Sequence record: ON529852.1
Length of the DNA: 64,000 nucleotides
Direction: 5' to 3' (one strand)
The notes under the pieces are model-generated. The model saw only the letters and a list, made by a program, of their open reading frames with translations, ran no database searches and was not told the origin of the DNA. This document shows positions 36,419-46,457 of the stretch, piece by piece. Position 1 is the stretch's first letter. Each line of letters begins with the position of its first letter. Position numbers and translations under genes: made by a program.

Positions 36419-37527
36419 CCCTTCGAGGCCCGAAGAAGAAACCCGACGTGATGGTCTTCATCGGTCGTTTCCAGCCGCTCCATAACGGGCACCTGGACGT
36501 GATCGCCCAAGCCCTCGCCGCCGCCGAACGGCTGATTATCCTGGTGGGCTCGGCCAACCTGGCGCGCGACACCCGCAACCCTTTCACCTACGAAGAGCGC
36601 GCGGCCCTGATCCGCACCGCGATCGAGCAGAAGTTTGGCGCTGAAACCGCCGCCCGCGTGGTGGTCTGCCCTGTGCCCGACAGCCCCTACGAACTTCAGG
36701 AGTGGATCGAGACCGTCCAGATGACGGTCAAGATGAACACCGTACCGTTCGTGCGGCCGACCATCAACCTGACCGGACACGATCGCGACGAGACCTCCTT
36801 CTATCTGAAGCTGTTCCCGCAGTGGCCCTACGCCGGAGCCGAAGGCGCCACCGATCTCAACGCCTCGGCGTTGCGCGCCGACTACTTCGACGGGGGCGTC
36901 GACCTTTTCAAGAACGCCTGGCGCGACAGCGGGCCGGTCTGGCCGGCGGTGGCGCCGCCTGCGACCCTCGCCTTCCTCCAGGCCTTCCGCGATCGCCCTG
37001 AGTATGCGCGGCTGATGCGCGAACTGAAGGCCGAGCGCGCCTACAAGGCCAAGTATGGTCCAGGCCCTCACGTCACCCTCGACGCGGTGGTGATCCAGTC
37101 GGGCCACGTCCTGGTCGGACGGCGCAAGGGCGAATACGGCCACGGCATGCTGGCCCTGCCGGGCGGCTTCTTGGAGGTCGCGCGTAACGAAACCCTGCTG
37201 GAGGGGGCCGAGCGCGAGTGCTTCGAGGAGACCGGGCTGTTCAACCACTTCGGCCCGGACAATCTGATCACCGACGAACGCCGGCGCATGCTGCACACCC
37301 ACCTGCGCGGGACCCACGTCTTCGGGGACCCGAACCGCTCGCGGCGCGGCCGCCTGATCACCCACGCCCACCTGTTCAAGCTGCCCGACGACTACACCCT
37401 GCCGCCGGTCGAGCCCTGGGACGATCTGGAGGACGTGCACTGGATGCCGATCTCGGACGTCCGCGCCGACGAGTTCTTCGAGGACCACGCCTTCATCATC
37501 GAAAAGATGATCCGGCAGTTCCTGTAA
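36415..37527 (+). CDS. nadM: bifunctional NMN adenylyltransferase / ADP-ribose pyrophosphatase (NadM-Nudix)
   Basis: GRFQPLHNGH, RNPFTYEER, Nudix PGGF...AERECFEETG. Confidence 0.93.
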   Translation: MTLRGPKKKPDVMVFIGRFQPLHNGHLDVIAQALAAAERLIILVGSANLARDTRNPFTYEERAALIRTAIEQKFGAETAARVVVCPVPDSPYELQEWIETVQMTVKMNTVPFVRPTINLTGHDRDETSFYLKLFPQWPYAGAEGATDLNASALRADYFDGGVDLFKNAWRDSGPVWPAVAPPATLAFLQAFRDRPEYARLMRELKAERAYKAKYGPGPHVTLDAVVIQSGHVLVGRRKGEYGHGMLALPGGFLEVARNETLLEGAERECFEETGLFNHFGPDNLITDERRRMLHTHLRGTHVFGDPNRSRRGRLITHAHLFKLPDDYTLPPVEPWDDLEDVHWMPISDVRADEFFEDHAFIIEKMIRQFL

Positions 37528-37561
37528 AACCCAACCACATTCACACGAGGGGGAAATCTCC

Positions 37562-38989
37562 ATGGTCATTCGCGATACTGACGATCTGCCAAACCATCTG
37601 GCGCCGCTGCCCTATAACCTGATCGCCGACACCGACAGCTACAAGCTGGGTCACTGGACGCTCTATCGGAAGGGCACGACCACCGTCTACAGCTACATCG
37701 AGCCGCGCGGCGGGCGTTACCCGGTGGTGATGTTCGCCGGACTTCAGAAGCTGCTCTACGAGAAGCTGGGCCAGCCGATCACCCGCGACCAGGTCGAGGA
37801 GATGGCGAAGTTCGTGCCCGCGCACGGCTTCGAGTTCAACCGCGAGGGCTGGGAGATCATCCTGAACGAGTACGGCGGCCGCCTGCCGCTGCTGATCAAG
37901 GCCGTGCCCGAGGGCCTGGTCCTGCCGGTTCGCAACGCCCTGTTCACCATCGAAAACCTCGATCCGCGTCTGCCCTGGCTGACCTCCTACCTGGAGACGA
38001 TGATCCTGCGCGACCTGTGGACGTCGTGCACCATCGCCACGCGCATCTTCCTGATGACGCAGCGCATCAAGGGCCACTGGGAGCAGCACTCGGACAATCC
38101 CATGAGCCCCTTCGCCCTGCTCGACTTCTCGTCGCGCGGCACCATGGGCTACGACCACTCGGTCATGGGCGGCATCGCCTACCTGTTCCACTTCATGGGC
38201 TCGGACAACGTGCCGGCCGTGCGTGAAGCCAACTACTACTACTTCGAGGAAATGTCGGCCTATTCGGTGCTGGCCGCCGAGCACTCGATCTCCTGCTCCT
38301 TCGGCCGCGACAACGACGACGACTACATCCGCAACTCGCTGGAAGTCGCCAAGCCGAACTCGCCGCTGTCGCTGGTCGGCGACACCTGGAACATCTTCAA
38401 GTTCGCCGAGAAGGTGGTCGCCAACCACAAGGACCTGATCATCAACAAGGGGATCAAGTTCGTCGCCCGCCCGGATTCCGGCGAGATCGCAGACGTCCTG
38501 CCGCCGGTCTTCACCACTCTGGCGCAAGGCTTTGGCACCGACCGCAACTCCAAGGGCAAGGACGTCATCCGCTACGGCGCCGCCGTCCTGCAAGGCGACG
38601 GCATGAACGAGCACTCCCACATGGTGCCGTTCCAGGTCGCCGACGCCCTGGGTCTGGCCCCGGACAGCGTGATCACGGCGGCCGGCGGCGGCCTGATGAC
38701 CGCCGACCTCGACCGCGACACCATGAAGTGGGCGATGAAGGCCTCCGAGATGGTGATCGACGGCGAGCGCGTCGACATCTTCAAGGACCCGATCACCGAT
38801 CCGGGCAAGCAGTCCAAGCGCGGCCGCTTCGCCCTGGTGCGCGATGAAGACGGCGAATTCGCCACCATCAATCGCATCAACGACGCCGAGGACCGCGCCG
38901 ACCTGCTGGAGCCGCGCTTCCACAAGGGCGACGTGATCAACGCCACCACCCTGGCCCAGGTGCGCGAACGCGTCTCGGCCCAACTCTAA
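37562..38989 (+). CDS. nadV: nicotinamide phosphoribosyltransferase (NAMPT)
   Basis: TDSYKLGH, DFSSRG, AAEHS, RPDSG, QGDG, FKDPITDPGKQSKRG. Confidence 0.95.
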   Translation: MVIRDTDDLPNHLAPLPYNLIADTDSYKLGHWTLYRKGTTTVYSYIEPRGGRYPVVMFAGLQKLLYEKLGQPITRDQVEEMAKFVPAHGFEFNREGWEIILNEYGGRLPLLIKAVPEGLVLPVRNALFTIENLDPRLPWLTSYLETMILRDLWTSCTIATRIFLMTQRIKGHWEQHSDNPMSPFALLDFSSRGTMGYDHSVMGGIAYLFHFMGSDNVPAVREANYYYFEEMSAYSVLAAEHSISCSFGRDNDDDYIRNSLEVAKPNSPLSLVGDTWNIFKFAEKVVANHKDLIINKGIKFVARPDSGEIADVLPPVFTTLAQGFGTDRNSKGKDVIRYGAAVLQGDGMNEHSHMVPFQVADALGLAPDSVITAAGGGLMTADLDRDTMKWAMKASEMVIDGERVDIFKDPITDPGKQSKRGRFALVRDEDGEFATINRINDAEDRADLLEPRFHKGDVINATTLAQVRERVSAQL

Positions 38990-39001
38990 GGACCCCCTCC
39001 C

Positions 39002-39367
39002 TTGACCCAGATGATCCTCGAAGGCTCGGCCTCCACCCATCAGACCCCGCTGGCGCCCAACCGCGCCGTCTGGGTCGTGGACGCCGAGGCCAAGACCGCC
39101 ACCGCCGAACTCCTCGGCGGTCAGGCGGTCATCACCCGCCGCGCCAAGGACAACACCCTGCGCGGCGTCTTCACCCTGCCGGTGGCGCTGGGCGGTCTGG
39201 AGCAGTCCTTCTCCCTGGCGGACTGCGCCACCGTCTATCTGGCGCAGCAGCGCGCCGAGACGCTGATCCGCGAGACGATGAACAAGACCCATCCGGTCAT
39301 GTACGCCGACCTCGCCAGGGCCGAGATCGAAAAGGCCAACGCCGAAGCCGGTCCGGACCCGTTCTGA
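39002..39367 (+). CDS. hypothetical protein
   Basis: AAGGA RBS. Confidence 0.7.
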   Translation: MTQMILEGSASTHQTPLAPNRAVWVVDAEAKTATAELLGGQAVITRRAKDNTLRGVFTLPVALGGLEQSFSLADCATVYLAQQRAETLIRETMNKTHPVMYADLARAEIEKANAEAGPDPF

Positions 39368-39666
39368 TGGCGAACCTGGACGCCGAGGTCGCACGCCTGC
39401 CGCCTCGGCTCCAGGCGGCGCACGCCCAGGGTTACATGGTGACCGATGACCTGGAAGGATTCCCGATCGACAACGCGATGCGCTTCCGGGTCCAGGTCTT
39501 CTCCCCGCGTTACGGCTGGGTCAACGCCTGGAGCACGAAGGGCGAGTTGCACGCCGATACGCCCGAGCGCCTGATCAGCATCTGCAACACCCTGGCCGCC
39601 CACGGCGACCGGGTCCGAATCATCGAACTTGTTCCCTCTCTTTACAGGACTTTCGAGCCAGAATGA
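39367..39666 (+). CDS. hypothetical protein
   Basis: TGATG coupled. Confidence 0.7.
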   Translation: MANLDAEVARLPPRLQAAHAQGYMVTDDLEGFPIDNAMRFRVQVFSPRYGWVNAWSTKGELHADTPERLISICNTLAAHGDRVRIIELVPSLYRTFEPE

Positions 39667-39953
39667 CCCGTTTTACCGCCCGGATCGACGCCGAGTTCGA
39701 CGTCGAGATTGATGAGAGCAAGGTCACGGCCGAGGTGCTGGAAGAGTTCAGCGCCTACATCACCTATGTCGGCAACGTCGAGGACCTGGTCGAGTACCTG
39801 GCGAACCTCTACGCGCGCGGCGTCATCGACGGCTCAGACCGGATGATCGAGGGCCTGGGTCTTCCGTCCGCCTTCGGCCTGAAGTTCATCGGGGCGCACG
39901 GCGCCACGGATTTCGGCATGGTCAACGTCAATGTCGACATCGAGCGGGCCTGA
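39663..39953 (+). CDS. acidic hypothetical protein
   Basis: coupled ORF. Confidence 0.75.
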   Translation: MTRFTARIDAEFDVEIDESKVTAEVLEEFSAYITYVGNVEDLVEYLANLYARGVIDGSDRMIEGLGLPSAFGLKFIGAHGATDFGMVNVNVDIERA

Positions 39954-39954
39954 C

Positions 39955-40149
39955 GTGGTCTCGATCCGAGAACGCTACGCCCGCATCACCAAACGCGGCA
40001 AGGCCGACATCGCCGCCTGGAAGGCGTCGCTGGAGAAGGCGGTCGCCCTGGGCGTGGCCGGAGCGGCGGAAGAACTGCGTCTGCTGAACCACTACGAAGC
40101 CCGCGCCCGACGCGACTATCGCGCGGCGCCCAAGCGCAAGGCCTCCTGA
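39955..40149 (+). CDS. basic hypothetical protein
   Basis: GTG start likely; coupled ORF. Confidence 0.6.
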   Translation: MVSIRERYARITKRGKADIAAWKASLEKAVALGVAGAAEELRLLNHYEARARRDYRAAPKRKAS

Positions 40150-40622
40150 TGTTCCAGCCCATCTACACCGACGAAGCCCAGATCGCCCACTACCCCGAGG
40201 ACGTGCAGACGCTCATTCGCGGAATCCAGGCCAAGCTGGATGAGCGCTGGCGCTTCATCATGGAGCAGTATTCTCACAGCGAGACGCTCGACAGCGGGGC
40301 GGTGGTCCATCTGTCCAAAGACGGCGCCTATATGCAGGAACAGGTCGGCTACTTCTTCAACCTGTCCTACGCCGCCTGGCTCTGCCTGCCGCGCCTGGCG
40401 CTTCAGGAGATGCCGCTGGACTGGCAGGCGCGCTTCGTCGCCCTGATGGAAGAGGGTTATGAGCGCGGACTGACGGGACCGAGCAATGTGTCGGTGGTGC
40501 GTAAGAAGGGCGGCAAGTTCGTCAACAACGACCACTGGAACAACTATCGACGCGGCACGGTGCGCCACGCCAAGGCCCGCGACGTCGAACTCGGTATTGA
40601 GGACTGGTCGGACGATGTCTGA
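40149..40622 (+). CDS. hypothetical protein
   Basis: TGATG coupled; [20 protein letters not shown] motif. Confidence 0.75.
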   Translation: MFQPIYTDEAQIAHYPEDVQTLIRGIQAKLDERWRFIMEQYSHSETLDSGAVVHLSKDGAYMQEQVGYFFNLSYAAWLCLPRLALQEMPLDWQARFVALMEEGYERGLTGPSNVSVVRKKGGKFVNNDHWNNYRRGTVRHAKARDVELGIEDWSDDV

Positions 40623-41043
40623 CCGCGACGCCGAAACAGTCGCCATCGCCATGCTGTCGCATCAAGGCTACGGCTATTACACCGATCCGATGGAGGGCGG
40701 GCAGGACGCCTATGATCTCTCCATGCAGATGCTGGACCTGGCGGAGGCGGCGGTCAACGCCCTGCGCCGCACTGGAAGACTGGCCTTGAACAACGACGCA
40801 CCCGCCAATCAATTGCTGTCGGACGAACGCAGCGACAACGCGCCGCCGGCGATCCGCGCCCTGTTCCGGGAGTACGATCAGGGGTGGGTCTTCAGCGCCC
40901 TGTCAGCGGCCGGCATCAACGGCAACCCGGCGCTCTACACCGAGCGCCAGTTGACGCAAGGCGTGGCTCTCGCCACGGCGCTGCTGGAGGCCCAACGCCG
41001 CCGCGACACCGAGGCGCTTTTTCGGACCCCGCCCGGCGGTTGA
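40615..41043 (+). CDS. hypothetical protein
   Basis: overlapping start, GAGGA RBS. Confidence 0.65.
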   Translation: MSDRDAETVAIAMLSHQGYGYYTDPMEGGQDAYDLSMQMLDLAEAAVNALRRTGRLALNNDAPANQLLSDERSDNAPPAIRALFREYDQGWVFSALSAAGINGNPALYTERQLTQGVALATALLEAQRRRDTEALFRTPPGG

Positions 41044-41081
41044 GCGTTGACGGCCAAGATTGCTGGTAGTAAGTGTCAGGC

Positions 41082-41606
41082 ATGTCGGCAATCACCTCAC
41101 ACGCGATCCTCTCCGAGGAAAATCCGCCCCTCTACCGCTACTGGCTGGAGCGGGTCTGGGATGAGGCTCTGCCGGTCATGGTCTGGGTGATGCTGAACCC
41201 GTCGGCGGCCGACCACACCGTCAACGACCCCACCATCCTGGCCTGTATGGACTTCGCGCGCCGGAACGGCTGCGGATCGATCGCGGTGGTCAATCTCTAC
41301 GGCTTCCGCTCGCCGCACCCCAAGGTGATGAAGGCGGCGAAGGACCCGGTCGGCGACCTGACCTACGACTACCTGCAACGGGCGATGCGGATGGTGAGGG
41401 ATCGTCCGGGGTCGTTGGCGATCTGCGGCTGGGGCAACGGCGACTTCAACTATATGGCGCTGGGGCTGCGCCGGCATGCCCAGGACGCCGGCGTGACGCT
41501 GCATTGCTTCGGCGTCACCAAGGACGGTTCGCCCAAGCACCCGCTGGCGCGAGGGCTGCACCGCATCCCGCGCGACACCCCGCCCCTGCCCTACGCGATC
41601 GTCTGA
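41082..41606 (+). CDS. DUF1643 family protein
   Basis: YRYWLER.W, MLNPS.AD, DPT, VVNLY, WGN, PKHPL; promoter 41047-41075. Confidence 0.85.
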   Translation: MSAITSHAILSEENPPLYRYWLERVWDEALPVMVWVMLNPSAADHTVNDPTILACMDFARRNGCGSIAVVNLYGFRSPHPKVMKAAKDPVGDLTYDYLQRAMRMVRDRPGSLAICGWGNGDFNYMALGLRRHAQDAGVTLHCFGVTKDGSPKHPLARGLHRIPRDTPPLPYAIV

Positions 41607-42412
41607 TGAGCAAGCCGCCGTCGACGCTTCAGAACCTGTGTCTGGACATACCGCAGTCACCGTCTCCCGCGCCCTACATCATCAGCGTCGATCCGGCGTC
41701 AAAGGACTCCAAGTCCTGTGGCATGGCGATCCTGCCGCGCAATCGGGTGCCCGCGCCGCCGACTTCGCCTCCGGTCGTGTCCGCGACGCAGCAAACGATC
41801 GACTGGAAGTCGGTTTCCGTTGGCGTCGACTGGGCGGATACGGCGGCCGCCATGGCGAAGTACCGTGATGCGATCGCCTCCATTTCTCAGGCTCAAATGA
41901 ATTCTCTGTTTCAGTCGCACATTCTCGGCTCCCACTCCCCCTTCAAAGACCTCAACGAGACGCGGTTTGCACCGACGCGGGCGGAAGACCTGGGCTGCGT
42001 CACCGCCATGGTGCAGGCCGTGCGGGATCATGTCGGCCGTGACGGCCTGAGCATGGACTACCGCGTGGAGTGCTGGCAGGACGAGAACCCCTACTACCTC
42101 AATGCCTGGCTTTTCGGCCCGCGCGGTGAATTCACCGGATACGCGCGCGTCGACGCGCTCAAGGACGAGTTCAAGCATCACGCGCGCACCGCCCGACGCG
42201 GCGACGTCGTGACGGCGAAGCTGAGAGGCGTTCCGATCCCGGTGACTTTCCGGGTCACGATGCTGGCGGGCCTCGATGACGCCATGCGGGGCAGCCGCCT
42301 TTACGGCCGGCGCGACGAACCCCAGGCCTATTACCAGTTCGCCTCCTACGAAGACTACGCCGCCTGGGAATCCCTGGCGGCCTACGACCGGACCAGCCTC
42401 CATGACCTCTAA
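41606..42412 (+). CDS. hypothetical protein
   Basis: TGATG coupled. Confidence 0.65.
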   Translation: MSKPPSTLQNLCLDIPQSPSPAPYIISVDPASKDSKSCGMAILPRNRVPAPPTSPPVVSATQQTIDWKSVSVGVDWADTAAAMAKYRDAIASISQAQMNSLFQSHILGSHSPFKDLNETRFAPTRAEDLGCVTAMVQAVRDHVGRDGLSMDYRVECWQDENPYYLNAWLFGPRGEFTGYARVDALKDEFKHHARTARRGDVVTAKLRGVPIPVTFRVTMLAGLDDAMRGSRLYGRRDEPQAYYQFASYEDYAAWESLAAYDRTSLHDL

Positions 42413-42935
42413 ACCCGATCGCGCCCTGGTGCTGGAATTCTCCTCGGCCTTGCAGTTTCTCAAGCCGGATGAGGAGGCGTTCACCCTGTGGCTCAACACC
42501 ATGGCGGGCGGCGACTACGCCTTCGGCTACGGCCTGCTGCGCTCCTATGAAGACGAGTACGACCCGTGCGGCATTCTGGTGGCGATCAACGGGGGAGACT
42601 GGCGGTGGGACGCGCAGGACGAATCCTGGGCCTACGCGGACTCCGCCACCACCCTGAACCCCATGACCGTGGCGAAATGGCTCGGGATGGCGCGGGACTG
42701 GCATTGGCTGAACATCTTCCTGGACTCCCTCACGCGCCTGAGCGACCAGAGCACCGCCTTTGCGCCGATCGTCGCTGTGTTGCGCGAGGCGCTGTCGACG
42801 ATGCAGACCACGCGTGAGCGCTTCCATGACGGCGTTCACCTGGCGCACACCTCGGGGCGAATGCTTGGTCCCAACTCGGACCTGCGGTCCGAGAACCTCA
42901 TGCGCCGTGACCTCAAGCCCTTCTACGTCCGATGA
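42402..42935 (+). CDS. hypothetical protein
   Basis: overlapping start; phage-like codons. Confidence 0.7.
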   Translation: MTSKPDRALVLEFSSALQFLKPDEEAFTLWLNTMAGGDYAFGYGLLRSYEDEYDPCGILVAINGGDWRWDAQDESWAYADSATTLNPMTVAKWLGMARDWHWLNIFLDSLTRLSDQSTAFAPIVAVLREALSTMQTTRERFHDGVHLAHTSGRMLGPNSDLRSENLMRRDLKPFYVR

Positions 42936-43348
42936 GCGCGATCGCCAATATCATCGTCTGCGGCGGCCGGGTCGGGCGAAACCTGACCCAGCAGCGGGTC
43001 TGGAAGGTCATGGATACGCTGGCGCCCAACTGGCCGCGCCCGTTCCGCATCGTCCAGGGCCAGGCGCAGTTCGCCGACAAGTGGAGCGGGCAGTGGGCGC
43101 TGAACCGGGGTCACCCGATGCAGCCGGTTCCGATCGACCCGCGCTTCGATGGCGACGACCTGGACGCGCCCTATCAGCGCAACCAGCGGATGGCGGATCA
43201 CTTCCCGCCTTACGCCTGCGTCGGCTTCCCCGGCGGCAACGGCACCCTGAACATGATGACCATCTGCCACGATCTCGGCGTGCCCGTCGCCGACGTCGAA
43301 CTCAACCATGACGGGACGTTTGCAATCCATTGGTGGCCTCAGAAATGA
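42932..43348 (+). CDS. YspA/SLOG-like (DUF2493-type) protein
   Basis: IIVCGGR, IVQG.A..AD, RNQRM, VGFPGGNGT..M. Confidence 0.8.
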   Translation: MSAIANIIVCGGRVGRNLTQQRVWKVMDTLAPNWPRPFRIVQGQAQFADKWSGQWALNRGHPMQPVPIDPRFDGDDLDAPYQRNQRMADHFPPYACVGFPGGNGTLNMMTICHDLGVPVADVELNHDGTFAIHWWPQK

Positions 43349-44604
43349 CCGACTTCATCCACGCCTACGACCCGGAAGACGCCGCGACCGACGTCGGGCC
43401 TGTGCTGCGCCACCGGCCGATCTACAAGGTCGACGCCCTGGGCAAGATGCGCGTCTGGTTTATGGAGCGTCAGGACGAGAAGCACCGCGTCGTCGCCGGC
43501 TTCGACGGCGGGTCGCTGGTGGAAAACGCCTGGACCGTGTGCAAGTCCAAGGGCAAGGGCAAGGCCCAGACCACGCCGCTGCAACAATGCGCCAAGGAGG
43601 TCGAGGCCCTCTACAAGAAGGCTCTGGAGCGCGACTATTACGAGACCCACGCCGAGGCCAAGGGTCCGCCGCGCAACTACCTGCCCATGCTGGCCGAAAG
43701 CTGGAAGGACACCACCTGGGACAAGTGGGTCGCCCGCCTGAAGAAGGCGGGCTCCACGCCGCTGCCGGGCACGTCCGGGGTCTACTTCCAGCCCAAGCTG
43801 GATGGCTACTGCTGCATTTCCTACGACCGCAAGATGCAGTCTCGTGAAGGCCTGCCGATCCTGACGGCGCCCCACGTCGTCGCCGCGCTGGAATCCTTCT
43901 ATGCGATGTTCCCCGGCCGACCGCTCCACGGCGAACTCTACAACCACGACCTCAAGGAAGAGTTCGAGGCCCTGGGTTCGCTTCTGAAAAAGCAAAAGGA
44001 CATCACTCAGGACCACATCGACGAGGTCGTCGCCAAGGTCCAGTTCCACATCTACGACTATCCGGGCGCCGGCGAACACCTGCCGTTCGGCGAGCGGATC
44101 GCGGCGCTGAAGCGCGACCTGATCGCGGCCGGCGTCGACCTCGACAGCGGCGTCATCCAGATCGTGGAAACGACCGAGGTCCAGGACGAGGCGCACCTGG
44201 AGACCCTGTGCGGGCTCGCCCTGGAAGCCGGTTATGAAGGCGGCATCGGCCGCCTGCACCTGGCTTACGAAAAGGCCAAGCGCTCCTGGAGCGTCATCAA
44301 GATCAAGATTTTCGACGACGCCGAGTTCGAGGTGGTGCTGGTCCTGGAGGGCGAAGGCAACTACGCCGGCTACGCCAAGGCGGTGGTCTGCTGGCTACCT
44401 GGCGCGGACCAGTCCGAGGGGCCGACCAAGGACACCACCTTCAAGGCCGGCATCAAGGGCCAGAAGAACCAGCGCCTCAAGGACCTGCTGACCGAGGAGA
44501 ACCGGATCGTGACGATCCGCTACTTCGGCTACACCTACGGCGGCACGGGCAAGCCCCGATTCGCGGTCGCCACCAAATGGCACGGCCTGGAACGGGTGCT
44601 CTGA
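43345..44604 (+). CDS. lig: ATP-dependent DNA ligase
   Basis: QPKLDG, HGELY, FHIYD, GYEG, IKIK; N-terminal extension. Confidence 0.92.
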   Translation: MTDFIHAYDPEDAATDVGPVLRHRPIYKVDALGKMRVWFMERQDEKHRVVAGFDGGSLVENAWTVCKSKGKGKAQTTPLQQCAKEVEALYKKALERDYYETHAEAKGPPRNYLPMLAESWKDTTWDKWVARLKKAGSTPLPGTSGVYFQPKLDGYCCISYDRKMQSREGLPILTAPHVVAALESFYAMFPGRPLHGELYNHDLKEEFEALGSLLKKQKDITQDHIDEVVAKVQFHIYDYPGAGEHLPFGERIAALKRDLIAAGVDLDSGVIQIVETTEVQDEAHLETLCGLALEAGYEGGIGRLHLAYEKAKRSWSVIKIKIFDDAEFEVVLVLEGEGNYAGYAKAVVCWLPGADQSEGPTKDTTFKAGIKGQKNQRLKDLLTEENRIVTIRYFGYTYGGTGKPRFAVATKWHGLERVL

Positions 44605-44900
44605 TGGAAACCTTCAATCGCGGCCTTGAACTGATCGGCACCGGCGCCGCCGGCCTGTTAGCACTGGTGTGCCTCATCTTCGGCGCCTGCTGGTGCGGGA
44701 TGAAGGTCGGCGGCGTCCTGGAACCGCTCGTCACCTGCGCCCGCGCCCGCCAGAACGCCTGGACCGCCACGAAGGCCCTGACCCAGGTCCTGTTCTGGAT
44801 CGTCGTGATCCTGGGCGCGCTGGCGGCCCTGGGCTGTCTGGTTGAACTCTTCCTCGGCGCGCCCCTGGCGGAGGCCGTCAACACTCTCGCGAGGTCCTGA
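44604..44900 (+). CDS. membrane protein
   Basis: two hydrophobic helices. Confidence 0.7.
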   Translation: METFNRGLELIGTGAAGLLALVCLIFGACWCGMKVGGVLEPLVTCARARQNAWTATKALTQVLFWIVVILGALAALGCLVELFLGAPLAEAVNTLARS

Positions 44901-44901
44901 C

Positions 44902-45165
44902 ATGGAACCTGACCCCACCTTCATCGACGTCGGCATCCTCTACCTGTTCGGCCTGGGGGCTGCGACGGCTCTGATCGTCATGGGCGTCAACCTGGTGCGG
45001 CGTTTCTCAACGACCGGGTTCGCAGGCGTCTGGCGCAGCCTGCGCTATACCGCCATTGGACTTTCCCTGACCATCGCCGCCGGCGGGATCGCCATCGGCG
45101 TCCTGTTGGTCCTCGCCTACGCGATCGGCTGGATCGTCCACCTCCTGGGTTGGTGGCCCTATTGA
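44902..45165 (+). CDS. membrane protein
   Basis: two hydrophobic helices. Confidence 0.7.
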   Translation: MEPDPTFIDVGILYLFGLGAATALIVMGVNLVRRFSTTGFAGVWRSLRYTAIGLSLTIAAGGIAIGVLLVLAYAIGWIVHLLGWWPY

Positions 45166-45446
45166 CGGCGGACCTGGAGCGCTACTTCGGAGCCGGGGGC
45201 AGCGTCCTGATGGTCCTGTTCCTGATGGGGTTCGGTCTGTGGTGCGCTTGGCGCGTCTACGTCATCACCCGGACGCGGCGCTGGGGAACAATCCTCCGCA
45301 TCGTGCATGAGTACGCCGCACCCATCTACCCCATGTTTGTCATGCTGGCGTTGTTCGCGGTTCTCGCCGTTCTCAGCGTCGCCATCGGCTGGACCCTGGA
45401 ACACCTCAACCTCTGGCCTTTTTGGCTGGCCCCTGCTACAAGCTGA
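45162..45446 (+). CDS. membrane protein
   Basis: two hydrophobic helices; TTG start overlapping upstream stop. Confidence 0.6.
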   Translation: MTADLERYFGAGGSVLMVLFLMGFGLWCAWRVYVITRTRRWGTILRIVHEYAAPIYPMFVMLALFAVLAVLSVAIGWTLEHLNLWPFWLAPATS

Positions 45447-45468
45447 GCCGTTAGAAGAAAGTAAGCCG

Positions 45469-45945
45469 ATGAGCACTCTGAAAGACCTCCAAGACCTCGC
45501 CCTCCAGCAGCGCAAGGCCGCCGCCCAGGGCGACGGCGGCGAGCACGCCGTCTTCCTCGCCATGATTCTGTCCGACGCCGCCGGCCTCGCCAAGAGCCAG
45601 CAGCGGTCGATGACGGACGAAGACGCCGAGACCGCCATCCGATCGACCGTCAAGGCGTTCGACAAGACCCTGGCCGGCGACGAGGCCAAGGGGCTCAAGG
45701 CGGTCGATCCCGACAGCGACTACGGGCGCAAGATGATCTCCCAGCGCGACGTCATCGCCGCCCTGGTGCCGGCGCCTCTGGACGGCCACCTGCTCGCGAT
45801 GGCGATCCGCGACGCCGCCCAGGCGACCGAGAGCGAGATCAGCGCCAAGGGCATGGGCAAGATCATGGGCTGGCTGAACGCGCAATACCCTGGCCGGGTT
45901 GACGGCGCCAAGGTCAAGGCCGTCCTGGTCTCGGGTGCCGCCTGA
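45469..45945 (+). CDS. GatB/YqeY domain protein
   Basis: TDEDA..AIR, KGMGKIMG.L...YPGRVDG..V. Confidence 0.85.
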   Translation: MSTLKDLQDLALQQRKAAAQGDGGEHAVFLAMILSDAAGLAKSQQRSMTDEDAETAIRSTVKAFDKTLAGDEAKGLKAVDPDSDYGRKMISQRDVIAALVPAPLDGHLLAMAIRDAAQATESEISAKGMGKIMGWLNAQYPGRVDGAKVKAVLVSGAA

Positions 45946-46166
45946 TGAGCGAGGCACAGACGCGAATCGTCTACGGTGAACCCGGTGTCGGCAAGACCAC
46001 GAACGCCGAACGCCTGCGGCTTAAGTTCGACTGCACGTCGATCGTCGATGATTGGAACGGGCGAGACCCCTTGGCTGCTGGAGCCCTGGCACTGACCACC
46101 TGTCCCGGCCCTTATCGTGATGCGCCGGATGTCGAGGTGCTGACCTACGAACAGGCGATGGCCTGA
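45945..46166 (+). CDS. 73 aa P-loop microprotein
   Basis: IVYGEPGVGKTT, SIVDD. Confidence 0.7.
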   Translation: MSEAQTRIVYGEPGVGKTTNAERLRLKFDCTSIVDDWNGRDPLAAGALALTTCPGPYRDAPDVEVLTYEQAMA

Positions 46167-46169
46167 AAC

Positions 46170-46204
46170 AAAAGGCCCGCTGGATCACTCCAGCGGGCCT
46201 TTTT
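46170..46204. terminator. bidirectional intrinsic terminator
   Basis: AAAAGGCCCGCTGGA-TCAC-TCCAGCGGGCCTTTT between convergent genes. Confidence 0.92.
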
Positions 46205-46205
46205 C

Positions 46206-46457
46206 TTATCGCCGTTTCTTGAACGACCGGGTCTTGGGCTTGAACCCCTTCACCATCGGGGCGCCGACGTGCCAATGATCGCCGTGGCGGCAGGGATAGG
46301 GCTCGACCGGCGTGGCGCCCGGAAGCGTCATCAGGTAGGCGGCGTGACGCTCGGCGTCTGTCCGTGACCGCGCGATCTTACCCCGACACTCATTCGGGGG
46401 CGCGGGGTCAACCGTTGGTGTCGGTAGGTCTCGCAAAGAGCGCAGCAGACTACCCAC
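46206..46457 (-). CDS. small protein with Cys/His cluster
   Basis: PYPCRHGDHWHVG. Confidence 0.65.
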   Translation of the reverse strand: MGSLLRSLRDLPTPTVDPAPPNECRGKIARSRTDAERHAAYLMTLPGATPVEPYPCRHGDHWHVGAPMVKGFKPKTRSFKKRR

